Virus record (IMG/VR): IMGVR_UViG_3300042197_001558
Span: 1-54,168 of that record
DNA length: 54,168 nucleotides
DNA from: a virus
Lineage: Duplodnaviria > Caudoviricetes
Strand: one strand, 5' to 3'
In this document: one piece after another, positions 1-8,909 of the stretch
Layout: each line of letters starts with the position of its first letter
How positions within the stretch are numbered: the stretch's first letter is position 1
Translations under genes and position numbers: made by a program
Notes under the pieces: model-generated
Told to the model about the DNA's origin: nothing
Seen by the model: only the letters and a program-made list of their open reading frames with translations
Databases searched by the model: none

Positions 1-86
1 AACTGCCTACGGATTAGCACATCATATCATGGAACATAATTTCAAGATTGCGAGTGTGGTGTTAGGTGCGGTATTTCGCAGAGCAT

Positions 87-115
87 TTGACGATAAATAC
101 AGGATCATATAGAAT
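87..115 (+). promoter_or_regulatory. sigma70-type early promoter
   Basis: TTGACG-N17-TAGAAT upstream of GGAG and ATG137. Confidence 0.75.
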
Positions 116-136
116 ACGTATATGGAGAAACACACT

Positions 137-286
137 ATGAATCGCAACACTGTTACTGTTCCTGTGGTTAAGGCTCGTAATCCGCTGGTTGCGGCCACAC
201 TTTTTCGCAAGGCGGGACAACACCGCAAGAGCAATAAGAGTCTCCGTAAACAGGAGAATCAACGATTGCGAGATTTTCGCATCTAA
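137..286 (+). CDS. small basic protein (49 aa)
   Basis: Not in ORF track; MNRNTVTVPVVKARNPLVAATLFRKAGQHRKSNK..., with promoter, SD and terminator. Confidence 0.75.
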   Translation: MNRNTVTVPVVKARNPLVAATLFRKAGQHRKSNKSLRKQENQRLRDFRI

Positions 287-287
287 C

Positions 288-312
288 AAACGGCCCTAGA
301 GGCCGTTTTTTT
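288..312 (+). terminator. intrinsic terminator, probably bidirectional
   Basis: AAACGGCC-CTAGA-GGCCGTTT followed by a T run, between convergent ORFs. Confidence 0.8.
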
Positions 313-472
313 ATAGGTTGTTTATAAATCGTAGTGCTGTATTGCTATTAACGAAGTAACGAATTTGTAAATCACCGTCAAATACATCATAGACTATGAT
401 ACAGCATACCCCATTAAGATGAGATAATTGAAAATATAAACCACCTGGCGTAAAGTTTTTATAGGTCTTCAT
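311..472 (-). CDS. small hypothetical late protein (53 aa)
   Basis: MKTYKNFTPGGLYFQ...; CTAAATA and GAGG upstream on the minus strand. Confidence 0.6.
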   Translation of the reverse strand: MKTYKNFTPGGLYFQLSHLNGVCCIIVYDVFDGDLQIRYFVNSNTALRFINNL

Positions 473-543
473 CCTCTTTATTTAGTAGCATATATCATTC
501 AGATGATTCACCTCTAAATAACATTGATAAACTGGAGACTCCA

Positions 544-1320
544 ATGAAAAAAGCAATAATATGCGTTGGGTTTGCTATTTATTCAATGACCGCCATGGCG
601 CAAACAGTTTACGACTCTACATCAAAGGTAGATACTGTAAATCAATCAACAAGTACTGTTAATAGCAACAACACGAATAACAACAATAACGTCAACACCA
701 CGACGGTAAACAGTATTAATAGAAATGAAAATATTAATACTTCTACTAATGTTAATACTAACAATGGTCATACAACCAGCGAAAATACTAATATTAATCA
801 GAACACAAGTACCAATACTAATATAAATGTAGGTAATTCAACATCTACCCAAACTTCTACTTCTACAAATAAGAATGATAATTATAACGCCAGTGATATA
901 AATCAAAAGATAGTACAGCCGCCGCCAACTGCGATTGCTCCTAGTATGATGAGTGGTGGCAATGCTGATTTGTGTACAGTTGGCGTAAGTGGTGCCGTAC
1001 AAACACAAATATTGGGTATCAGTGCTGGTAGAACTCAGCGAGATTTAAATTGTGAGCGTTTAAAGTTAAGCAAGACCATGTACGATATGGGCATGAAAGT
1101 TGCCGCAGTTAGTATTCTGTGTCAGGATCGACGTGTATTTGATGCGATGTTATCAGCAGGAACACCTTGTCCATATGATGGCAAAATAGGCGAAACTGCT
1201 AAACAATTATGGGAAACTAACCCTGATAGAGTACCACAAGCGGATAAGGATAAAGGAAATGCTGTATCGTTTGGTATTAGCACTGTTGTTAGCGATTTGC
1301 TATCCCGCCTTTTCAACTGA
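544..1320 (+). CDS. exported protein with Asn/Thr-rich linker and Cys-containing C-terminal domain
   Basis: Signal peptide (MKK...AMA); N/T low-complexity tract; GGAG SD; CTAAATA upstream. Confidence 0.8.
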   Translation: MKKAIICVGFAIYSMTAMAQTVYDSTSKVDTVNQSTSTVNSNNTNNNNNVNTTTVNSINRNENINTSTNVNTNNGHTTSENTNINQNTSTNTNINVGNSTSTQTSTSTNKNDNYNASDINQKIVQPPPTAIAPSMMSGGNADLCTVGVSGAVQTQILGISAGRTQRDLNCERLKLSKTMYDMGMKVAAVSILCQDRRVFDAMLSAGTPCPYDGKIGETAKQLWETNPDRVPQADKDKGNAVSFGISTVVSDLLSRLFN

Positions 1321-2854
1321 ACTGCCTGATAGTAGATCTAACAATTACCAAATTGTTGATATAAGATCCACTGGTGCGGCATTAAGTTTAAGCGACGATA
1401 GTGTAAGCGGTAATATTCCATTGGGATTTAGTTTTGACTTATTCGGAAAAACGTTTGATTCCGTATGGGTCTCAAATAATGGAGTTATAAGCTTTACTAA
1501 TGGTGGCATAAGTGGTTATGATGGTGCGCCACTTAATACGTTAAGTTCTACATATAACTACGCATTGTTTCCGTTGTGGACCGATCTAATTAACACTGAT
1601 GCTAACAATCCACATTATCGTTTAGATAGTGGCACTGCTATATTTGGTTGGTATGGCGCCAGTGAATATGCCGACAGAAGTAAACGTAGCACTTTTGAAG
1701 TTCAATTATGGAATGATAGTTCATTTCAGTTTAGATATGAAAGTGTGAATGTATCAAACTCAGCATTTACTATTGGGTATACTGGAGATATTTCTGCGGG
1801 AGAATATACTCAGTGGGCTCGTCATCCCGGTGGACCATACACTGGTGGTAATTTTGGTTTCTATTCAAGTCCTATAGATCAATGTGCTATAAATCCATTA
1901 TACAGTGTAGATTGTCCTGGTTATTCAGAGGCATATACAAATCAACAGTGTAGTATAAATCCTTTATATAGTAGTTCATGCGTTGGGTATGAAGCGGCGC
2001 TTTTAGAACAAAATTGCGGTTTTAATCCACTCTACAGTATTCAATGTCCTGGTTATGCTGCTGCTATATTTGAGCAAAATTGTAGTAAAGATCCTCTTTA
2101 CAGTTCACAGTGTCCTGGATATATGGTAGCATTTGGTCAGCAAATTGCTAAGTCACAAACTACCGCGGTATCAGAAACTCCGCAGAATACAGTAGTAATT
2201 GTGGAAGATCCTACAAAAACAGAAACAAACACTGATGTCGGAGGAGTTGAGTTATCTACGTCAGGTGAAATTGTGGTATCTAATGATATTCCAGAAGTCG
2301 TCAGATCAGCAGAAAGATCAAAACAAACTTCTGTTGTAGGCAAAGGGTTAGATCCACGAATATTAGATATTGTAAAAAATATCTTAAAAACTGAAAGTGA
2401 AACTATAGGTTCTGTATTTGATACTATAAATTATTCAATAATGGAAAGTACACGTTTTGAAAGAAATTATGTGATATCTGATATAGATACGATTAGCACT
2501 ACAGAAACAAACAATACTGGTAATAGACAACAATTATTTGCCTTAGCATCTGGATCCAGTAGCAATACTGTACCAGGAGATACTACCGAAAGAAGGTCAG
2601 AAAGAACATTCAACACTTCTTCGCAAGTATCTGAATTAGGAGAAGGTGCTAATTTTGCTGATTTAACAGCAGTTACGCCAGGATTTAATACGTATACAAA
2701 TATTCAATTACGTGATGCGCCATTTTATCCAGAAAAAGAAATATATCGTGGGCAAGTAAATGTAGATAATGCGCGTGCTCAACGATTGCTAAATGGAGCC
2801 AGCGATATAACACATCAACGAATGATTGAACAACAATATAATTTAGGAAATTAA
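1259..2854 (+). CDS. exported nidogen(NIDO)-like domain protein with Cys repeats
   Basis: Signal peptide; IPLGFSFDLFG..VWVSNNGVISF..LFPLWTDL..STFEVQL motif set. Confidence 0.7.
   Translation: MLYRLVLALLLAICYPAFSTELPDSRSNNYQIVDIRSTGAALSLSDDSVSGNIPLGFSFDLFGKTFDSVWVSNNGVISFTNGGISGYDGAPLNTLSSTYNYALFPLWTDLINTDANNPHYRLDSGTAIFGWYGASEYADRSKRSTFEVQLWNDSSFQFRYESVNVSNSAFTIGYTGDISAGEYTQWARHPGGPYTGGNFGFYSSPIDQCAINPLYSVDCPGYSEAYTNQQCSINPLYSSSCVGYEAALLEQNCGFNPLYSIQCPGYAAAIFEQNCSKDPLYSSQCPGYMVAFGQQIAKSQTTAVSETPQNTVVIVEDPTKTETNTDVGGVELSTSGEIVVSNDIPEVVRSAERSKQTSVVGKGLDPRILDIVKNILKTESETIGSVFDTINYSIMESTRFERNYVISDIDTISTTETNNTGNRQQLFALASGSSSNTVPGDTTERRSERTFNTSSQVSELGEGANFADLTAVTPGFNTYTNIQLRDAPFYPEKEIYRGQVNVDNARAQRLLNGASDITHQRMIEQQYNLGN
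1883..2122 (+). repeat. four 22-aa CxxNPLYSxxCPGY repeats
   Basis: CAINPLYSVDCPGY, CSINPLYSSSCVGY, CGFNPLYSIQCPGY, CSKDPLYSSQCPGY. Confidence 0.9.
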
Positions 2855-2866
2855 AAGGAGTTGATG

Positions 2867-3409
2867 ATGTCTGAAAAAGATTTAGGCCAAGGTTTAGAAA
2901 ACTTTGAAAACGAAGTAGAAGAACTTAAAAACAAAGAGTTTAGAATATTTGGAATAAAAGTAACTGCTATCACAATTACCGCTGCATTTACTTTATTAAG
3001 TACGATTATAGGCGGCCTTTATGGTGCGTTTGTTGTATATCAAGATTATATGAATATGAAACAGGCCATCCAGGAATATGTTGCGCCTGATTTGAGTGAA
3101 ATTAATGAAAGATTAAGTGTTCTTCAAAAACAGATGGAAGGCACGAAATCATCGGTGATGCAGTCCACGGATTACACTAATGAAATCAAAAATGATTTGA
3201 AATCAGATATACGTCGCCTAGAAGGTGTTGTAGAAAATTTAGAAAGATCTACCAAGCAAAGTCAGCGTGATGTGGACGAAACGGTAAAAATTGTCAATAA
3301 GGACATGAACAAGTTAGAACGTGATACCGCAACAGAACTTAGATCCATACGTGCCGAGGTGGACAGCAAAATCAAAAAAGCCCTAGATAATCCGTTGGCA
3401 GGAAAATAA
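2867..3409 (+). CDS. single-TM coiled-coil protein
   Basis: Hydrophobic segment followed by a heptad-rich region; AAGGAG SD. Confidence 0.8.
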   Translation: MSEKDLGQGLENFENEVEELKNKEFRIFGIKVTAITITAAFTLLSTIIGGLYGAFVVYQDYMNMKQAIQEYVAPDLSEINERLSVLQKQMEGTKSSVMQSTDYTNEIKNDLKSDIRRLEGVVENLERSTKQSQRDVDETVKIVNKDMNKLERDTATELRSIRAEVDSKIKKALDNPLAGK

Positions 3410-3418
3410 CAAAACCGC

Positions 3419-3447
3419 TTGACACAAAACCATACCACTGCTACAAT
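3419..3447 (+). promoter_or_regulatory. sigma70-type promoter for the tRNA
   Basis: TTGACA-N17-TACAAT. Confidence 0.8.
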
Positions 3448-3475
3448 GTGCCTATGTTGAGTTGATTAAGACTCT

Positions 3476-3552
3476 GCGTGGGAAGCACAAGTGGTATGGG
3501 CACCGTTCTCATAAAGCGGAGGCAGTCGGTTCGAATCCGACCCCACGCACCA
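3476..3552 (+). tRNA. tRNA with CAT anticodon (elongator Met, or Ile2)
   Basis: Acceptor GCGTGGG/CCCACGC; anticodon arm CCGTT-CTCATAA-AGCGG; T arm GTCGG-TTCGAAT-CCGAC; encoded CCA. Confidence 0.92.
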
Positions 3553-3578
3553 AACATATCAATACTGGAGTTAATATC

Positions 3579-3758
3579 ATGAAACAAAAAACATTTGAAA
3601 ACATGGTAACGCATGAACAATACATTTGTCCGAATACCCGAGATATTCGTGTGATTGATAATGTGGAGTATCTACCAGTTCAAAAGGTTAATTCTCCTCG
3701 TATTGTTTTGATGCGTCGTGATGCGCTTAAGCCTGTGGTTCTTGACAAGAAGGTATAA
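3579..3758 (+). CDS. hypothetical protein
   Basis: GGAG SD before ATG3579; the longer ORF-track start overlaps the tRNA. Confidence 0.75.
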   Translation: MKQKTFENMVTHEQYICPNTRDIRVIDNVEYLPVQKVNSPRIVLMRRDALKPVVLDKKV

Positions 3759-3762
3759 ATCT

Positions 3763-4119
3763 ATGAATTTTTGGGGTTATCATCTAATGCTTGATTGTAG
3801 TGGCTGCAATCAAAATGTATCCGATCGTGAATCAATTTATAATTTCAATTCTGAATTGATTGAACGCATTGATATGATCGCCAGTGGCGAACCTATCATC
3901 AAGCATCTATTGCCTGGCGACCCTAAACAGGGTTACAGTTTGATGCAACTAATTACAACTAGTAATATCTGTGCTCACTTCATGGATCACGGCGGTACAG
4001 CATATATTGATATCTTTTCCTGTAAAGAATTTGATATTGAAGCAGCCAAAGAAATTGTATCAAAGTATTTTGCTCCAGCAAAAATGCGAACTATGTATGT
4101 AATTCGTCACGCTGATTGA
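3763..4119 (+). CDS. speD: S-adenosylmethionine decarboxylase proenzyme-like (pyruvoyl)
   Basis: GYHLMLD...GYSLMQLITTSNICAHF...YIDIFSCK. Confidence 0.8.
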   Translation: MNFWGYHLMLDCSGCNQNVSDRESIYNFNSELIERIDMIASGEPIIKHLLPGDPKQGYSLMQLITTSNICAHFMDHGGTAYIDIFSCKEFDIEAAKEIVSKYFAPAKMRTMYVIRHAD

Positions 4120-4126
4120 GATCAAA

Positions 4127-4900
4127 ATGTCTTTTGATAAAGTTTTAATTTTCGGCAAAGGAAAAGTAGGAACTGCTACTCAAGAAATACTTAATATTGA
4201 CGTAGATTTTGTAGATAAACCAAAAAACATTGATGTATCTGATATATCAATTTACGATCTAGCAATTATATGTGTGCCATCGTTAACTCGTGGTCATAAT
4301 GATTACTTAGAAGTAAATCAATGTTTAGACAGATTAAAAGATAATTTTGATGGGTTGATTGCGTTACGCTCAACCGTATCTCCGAACTATTTACGAGAGA
4401 TCAGTGAGAAGTATAGTAATTTAAATATCATTTACTTCCCTGAGTTCTTAAAACAAAGAAGTTATGAAACTAACACTACACCTTGGATTACAGTTTTAGG
4501 TGGGAATTTAGAGTTAACAGAGCCATTTTCAAAATGGCTGCTTGACCGTAATTATGGCTCAAAAGAACTAGTACATTTAGTTTCATTAGAAGAAAGTGCT
4601 TTGATAAAACTGTTTCAAAATGCTGGGTTAGCACTTAAAGTAACATACGCTAATGTTATGTTTGAAGCATGTAAAATGTTTGAAGCAAATTTTGAAAAGG
4701 TAAAGTTTGGAGTAGGTTCAGACAAAAGAATTGGCATGGATCATTTAAATGTGCCAGGAGAAGATGGGTTTGGATTCGGTGGACATTGTTTGCCGAAAGA
4801 CCTGAACTGTTTATCTCATGTGTATGATCATGCTGATTTTTGGTCAACCGTTATCGCAGCAAATCAATCTTTTCTTAAGAAAAACAACCAAAATACTTGA
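4127..4900 (+). CDS. UDP-glucose/GDP-mannose dehydrogenase family (short form)
   Basis: GKGKVG, RSTV, PEFL and GFGGHCLPKD motifs. Confidence 0.85.
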   Translation: MSFDKVLIFGKGKVGTATQEILNIDVDFVDKPKNIDVSDISIYDLAIICVPSLTRGHNDYLEVNQCLDRLKDNFDGLIALRSTVSPNYLREISEKYSNLNIIYFPEFLKQRSYETNTTPWITVLGGNLELTEPFSKWLLDRNYGSKELVHLVSLEESALIKLFQNAGLALKVTYANVMFEACKMFEANFEKVKFGVGSDKRIGMDHLNVPGEDGFGFGGHCLPKDLNCLSHVYDHADFWSTVIAANQSFLKKNNQNT

Positions 4901-4925
4901 ATTATAATAAGATGTCTAATATAAT
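4897..4925 (+). promoter_or_regulatory. sigma70-type promoter
   Basis: TTGAAT-N17-TATAAT; the TGA is also the stop of the upstream gene. Confidence 0.7.
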
Positions 4926-4942
4926 AGACGCATAGACAAATA

Positions 4943-5106
4943 AGGCTAGGCACAGCAACCAATAATAATGGAGGACTGGGGTAACCCTGTCGAGGTGAGT
5001 TTCGATTTCTCACTTGAATCAAAAAGTAGAAAACTAGCCTGTTAAAGTTAGTGAATGCTAACAGCAACCAAAAAAATCAAACCGTAACTTTGAAAAAACG
5101 CATTCA
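4943..5106 (+). ncRNA. candidate structured RNA: two stems each followed by ACAGCAACCAA
   Basis: AGGCTAG(4943)/CTAGCCT(5040) and TGAATGC(5052)/GCATTCA(5106); internal GNRA hairpin and TTCGA-loop hairpin. Confidence 0.6.
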
Positions 5107-5121
5107 GAAAGGAAATCAAAA

Positions 5122-6537
5122 ATGAACACATTCGTTGAAGCAATCAAGGAACAAGAAGTTCGTACCGCTAACGGTATGAAGGCCCGTAAGACTACTGCTA
5201 ACGCTGTAGTAGACTTTTTCTACAATGTAGGCGCAAGTCGTGGGAAGAACATCATCCCACAATTCGTAGCCGCACTGACCGAAGATCGTGAACTAGCACT
5301 TCGTGTGGCACTATGGAGTCGTGATGTCCGTAGTGGCGCAGGTGAACGCCAACTATTTCGTGATATGTTGGTGTATCTGGAAAAGCATGATCCTGCAAGT
5401 GCAGAGCGCCTATTGGCTAAGATCCCAGAACTGGGCCGTTTTGATGACCTATTCGTCTTCAAGACTCCAGATTTGAAGTCAAAGGCTTACACTCTGCTGG
5501 GTAATCATCTGCGTGAACGAAATGGTCTCGCAGCAAAGTGGACTCCACGTAAGGGACCAGTTGCTAATGAACTCCGTGCTTTCTTCGGTATGAGCCCAAA
5601 GCAATATCGTAAGAGTTTGGTAGAAATGACCAAGGTAGTAGAAAGCCAGATGTGTGCTGGTGATTGGGATAACATCAATTTCAGTCATGTGCCAAGTCAG
5701 GCTAGCCGTATTTACAAGAAGGCTTTTAATCGTCATACCACTAAGTTCGCAGAATATGTGGCTAAGTTGGTAAGCGGTGATAAGTCTGTAAAGGTAAACG
5801 CTGGTGCTATCTTTCCGCATGATGTCTTGAAGGGTCAAATCAGTGCTTATGGTCCACAGAAGTTGAATAAGACTGAACTAGATCATCTAGTGGCACAATG
5901 GGATGCGTTGCCTAACTATGTTGGTGATGCTAACATTCTACCACTGGTAGATGTAAGTGGATCGATGCAATGCCCAGCAGGAAAGAATACCAGTGTGACC
6001 TGTCTGGATATCAGTGTTAGTTTGGGTCTATATCTTGCTGATAAGAACCGTGGTGCATTTCATGGTACTTTCTTGACATTTAGTGGTCGTCCTGAACTTG
6101 TTACTCTCAAGGGTAACATTGTTCAGAAGATCGCACAAATGACTGGTAGCAGTTGGGGTATGAACACCAACCTACATGCTGCTATGGAAAAGATTCTTAG
6201 TGTTGCGGTCAAGCAGAATGTACCACAGGGTGATATGCCAAAGATGCTTTTGATCTTGTCCGATATGCAATTTGATCATTGTGTACAGCATGATGATAGT
6301 GCTATGGAGATGATTGAACGCAAGTTTAAGTCAGCGGGGTACGATATGCCTCAAGTAGTATTTTGGAATCTTAACAGTACAGACAATGTACCAGTTAAGA
6401 GTGACAAGAGTGGAGCAGCATTGGTAAGTGGTTATAGTCCAAGTATTATGACCAGTCTATTGAGTGCTGATGCCAGTCAGTTTACTCCACGTGGCATCAT
6501 GTTGAAGACCATCAACAATCCTCGATACGATTGCTAA
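5122..6537 (+). CDS. DUF2828-type TROVE/Ro60-like protein with vWA domain
   Basis: RDVRSGAGER, GRFDDL, AAKWTPR, MIDAS DVSGSM, SDMQFD, VFWNL. Confidence 0.8.
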   Translation: MNTFVEAIKEQEVRTANGMKARKTTANAVVDFFYNVGASRGKNIIPQFVAALTEDRELALRVALWSRDVRSGAGERQLFRDMLVYLEKHDPASAERLLAKIPELGRFDDLFVFKTPDLKSKAYTLLGNHLRERNGLAAKWTPRKGPVANELRAFFGMSPKQYRKSLVEMTKVVESQMCAGDWDNINFSHVPSQASRIYKKAFNRHTTKFAEYVAKLVSGDKSVKVNAGAIFPHDVLKGQISAYGPQKLNKTELDHLVAQWDALPNYVGDANILPLVDVSGSMQCPAGKNTSVTCLDISVSLGLYLADKNRGAFHGTFLTFSGRPELVTLKGNIVQKIAQMTGSSWGMNTNLHAAMEKILSVAVKQNVPQGDMPKMLLILSDMQFDHCVQHDDSAMEMIERKFKSAGYDMPQVVFWNLNSTDNVPVKSDKSGAALVSGYSPSIMTSLLSADASQFTPRGIMLKTINNPRYDC

Positions 6538-6539
6538 TT

Positions 6540-6563
6540 ATAGGGGCGCAAGCCCCTATTTTT
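6540..6563 (+). terminator. intrinsic terminator
   Basis: ATAGGGGC-GCAA-GCCCCTAT-TTTT. Confidence 0.9.
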
Positions 6564-6591
6564 GTTTATATCAATACAAACGGATAATTAA

Positions 6592-6972
6592 ATGGCAATT
6601 TGGAAAGTAGAACCTACCAATAAAAAGTCTGTAGTAGAACGAGCCTATTGGACCAAAGACGACAAAACAATCATTAATGAAATAGGTTGGCGTTGGGGAG
6701 AATTCACTATTCAAACAGAAGGTGATGATCCTCCAGTGATCAATGAATATACAAATCTATTTGATTCAGATTTTGAAGTCGTAGACTTTTCTACAGATGA
6801 TGGATGTTGGGAAGAAAATGAATTTGAAGGTGAATGGACTGATGATGAACAGGAAGAAATGGAAGAACGATTAGATAAAGAAATTTCTGTTTATGATTTG
6901 GAAAATGAAGGTTGGGTATGTGAAACATCAGAATTGTTCATTACATGTGATGTAGAAATTACAAGAGAATAA
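6592..6972 (+). CDS. acidic hypothetical protein
   Basis: Intact D/E-rich ORF. Confidence 0.75.
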   Translation: MAIWKVEPTNKKSVVERAYWTKDDKTIINEIGWRWGEFTIQTEGDDPPVINEYTNLFDSDFEVVDFSTDDGCWEENEFEGEWTDDEQEEMEERLDKEISVYDLENEGWVCETSELFITCDVEITRE

Positions 6973-6979
6973 AAAAAAT

Positions 6980-7525
6980 ATGTGGATACAAAATGTAAGT
7001 AAGTATGATATCGCGGCTGGCAATTATAAGAATCCAGGACCAAACAGTATGTTGATTCAAATTCTGGATAAAGATGAAGAGTTTCCAGTGCCGCCGCCTG
7101 AATTTTCTGAGTTTCATCGTTTTGAATTTCTTGACGAAGAAGGCTCAAACTATTATGGGTTAAATTATGATATGCCATATCCCACAAATGGCGATTTAAT
7201 TACAGCACAGCAGGCAAAAGAAATCGCAGATCTTTTGATGAAAGCACGTAGCAAAAGTATGAATGTGGTGGTTCATTGCCATGCTGGAATTTTTCGTAGT
7301 GGTGCCGTGGCTGAAGTTGGCGTTTTGGTGGGATTTGAAGACGTAGGTGCTTTTAGATGTCCTAACAGATTGGTCAAACATCGCATCATGGATGCTATGA
7401 ATATGAAGTATAATCCTAAAGAGCCTATTAGTGTGAACGGTAAGCCTGCTAAGGATACAGCGTCAAAGCATCAAATCACGATTGCTGGATATCGTTCACA
7501 ATTGGCGAAACTTGATCAAAAATAA
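6980..7525 (+). CDS. Cys-based (PTP/DSP-like) phosphatase
   Basis: VVVHCHAGIFRSG (CX5R). Confidence 0.8.
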   Translation: MWIQNVSKYDIAAGNYKNPGPNSMLIQILDKDEEFPVPPPEFSEFHRFEFLDEEGSNYYGLNYDMPYPTNGDLITAQQAKEIADLLMKARSKSMNVVVHCHAGIFRSGAVAEVGVLVGFEDVGAFRCPNRLVKHRIMDAMNMKYNPKEPISVNGKPAKDTASKHQITIAGYRSQLAKLDQK

Positions 7526-7547
7526 GATTAACAATATAATACAGCCA

Positions 7548-8213
7548 TTATGACTGAACTAAGCCAATATATTTCCAACCTAGCATTGATCGAATGAACT
7601 TTCCGTTTGCTCTGGGTTCACCGCTAATCATTTTTGAAAGCCCACCACTGGCTATTCTTGGATGTTGTTTCTTGAACTCAAGTTGAGTGCCTATAAAGAT
7701 TGAACCATCGGAATGTTCAAATTTATGAATTCTTCTATCATACCGAAAATGTAGTTCTCCTGTTTGTCCTAACCAGTGGTGACTACCATCAGCAATTTTC
7801 TTATGAACAGGATGAGAGTCACCTTTTTGGTAAAAAAAATTGTGACTACCATCAGCAATTTTCTTATGAACAGGATGAGCATCACCTTTTTGATGTAAAA
7901 ATGGATGATTTCCATCTTCAAGTCTTTTCAGATTTGACTGTCTGGCTAATTCTGATATAATTTCTGGTGACATTTTCATTTTTGAAGCGATCAAGAGTGC
8001 GGCATAGTAATCGCCTTGAGAATAGTGAATTTGATAATGATCTTTTATCGTCAATGCTATCAGATTAGTCGGATCGTTATTGTATGGATTACCGTCTTTA
8101 TGATGAATTTCGTAACTTCTATTATTTGAATCCTTTGGTATAGGGCCGAAATGTTTTTCGTAAATTTTACGATGTAATCGTGGATCTGGACGATCTGATT
8201 TTTTATCTTTCAT
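7548..8213 (-). mobile_element. free-standing HNH homing endonuclease
   Basis: YEIHHKDGNPYNNDPTNL..DHYQIH; antisense, AT-rich; TATAAATA upstream on the minus strand. Confidence 0.85.
7779..7905 (-). repeat. 63-bp tandem repeat within the HNH gene
   Basis: GTGACTACCATCAGCAATTTTCTTATGAACAGGATGAG at 7779 and 7842; encodes QKGDxHPVHKKIADGSH. Confidence 0.9.
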
Positions 8214-8238
8214 ATTTCTATTTATAAAGGACTAAATT

Positions 8239-8700
8239 GTGGCAAAATGTTTTATGTTAATCGGCGTGCCAGGATCTGGCAAAAGTACTTGGATCAGTCA
8301 ACAAGACTGGGCTAAGGATTGTGCTATCATCAGTACCGATGATCATGTTGAACGTTTTGCCGCCGAACGTGGCAGTACGTATAGTGAAGTCTTCAAGGAG
8401 TATATGCCTCGTGCTGTTGAGATGATGGCACAAGATGTTATTGCTGCCCGAAAGGCGGACAAGGACATTATCTGGGATCAGACCTCTACCACACGTGTCA
8501 GTCGTGCTCGTAAGTTCAGGATGTTGCCAAACTACCGGCATATTGCTGTTGTATTTCCTACACCTGCGCCTAAAGAATTGATGCGTAGATTGGCTAATCG
8601 TCCTGGAAAAGATATTCCCCAGCATGTGGTCAATGGTATGATCAACAACTTTGAGATGCCTACTGAAGAAGAAGGCTTTGATGAAATCTGGCATGTGTAA
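8239..8700 (+). CDS. P-loop kinase (AAA_33, polynucleotide-kinase-like)
   Basis: GVPGSGKST, ISTD, IIWDQT. Confidence 0.8.
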   Translation: MAKCFMLIGVPGSGKSTWISQQDWAKDCAIISTDDHVERFAAERGSTYSEVFKEYMPRAVEMMAQDVIAARKADKDIIWDQTSTTRVSRARKFRMLPNYRHIAVVFPTPAPKELMRRLANRPGKDIPQHVVNGMINNFEMPTEEEGFDEIWHV

Positions 8701-8718
8701 TTAATTCACGAAATAATT

Positions 8719-8744
8719 GGCCTCCATACTGAGAGGCCTTTTTT
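8719..8744 (+). terminator. intrinsic terminator
   Basis: GGCCTC-N8-GAGGCC-T6. Confidence 0.75.
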
Positions 8745-8909
8745 ATTTCCAGTAATAAATACTATATGAGTTAAGAGTTATTACTCCAAATACACTATTG
8801 AAGAATTTCAAAAACACAATATACCAATATAGTTGATTGCGTTCTAAAAAAGTTTATAATCAACCCGTGCTGAACTAAGTACTTCAGCATTGATTTTCAA
8901 AATAACAAA

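Noticed and set aside
137-286. ArfA-like ribosome rescue factor
   Set aside because: Small, basic and contains LFR, but lacks the KGKGSY motif
640-900. AAT/AAC/ACT-rich tract as a non-coding repeat
   Set aside because: It is the in-frame Asn/Thr-rich linker of the 544-1320 gene
3462-3578. N-terminal extension of the 3462-3758 ORF
   Set aside because: It overlaps the tRNA; the SD supports ATG3579
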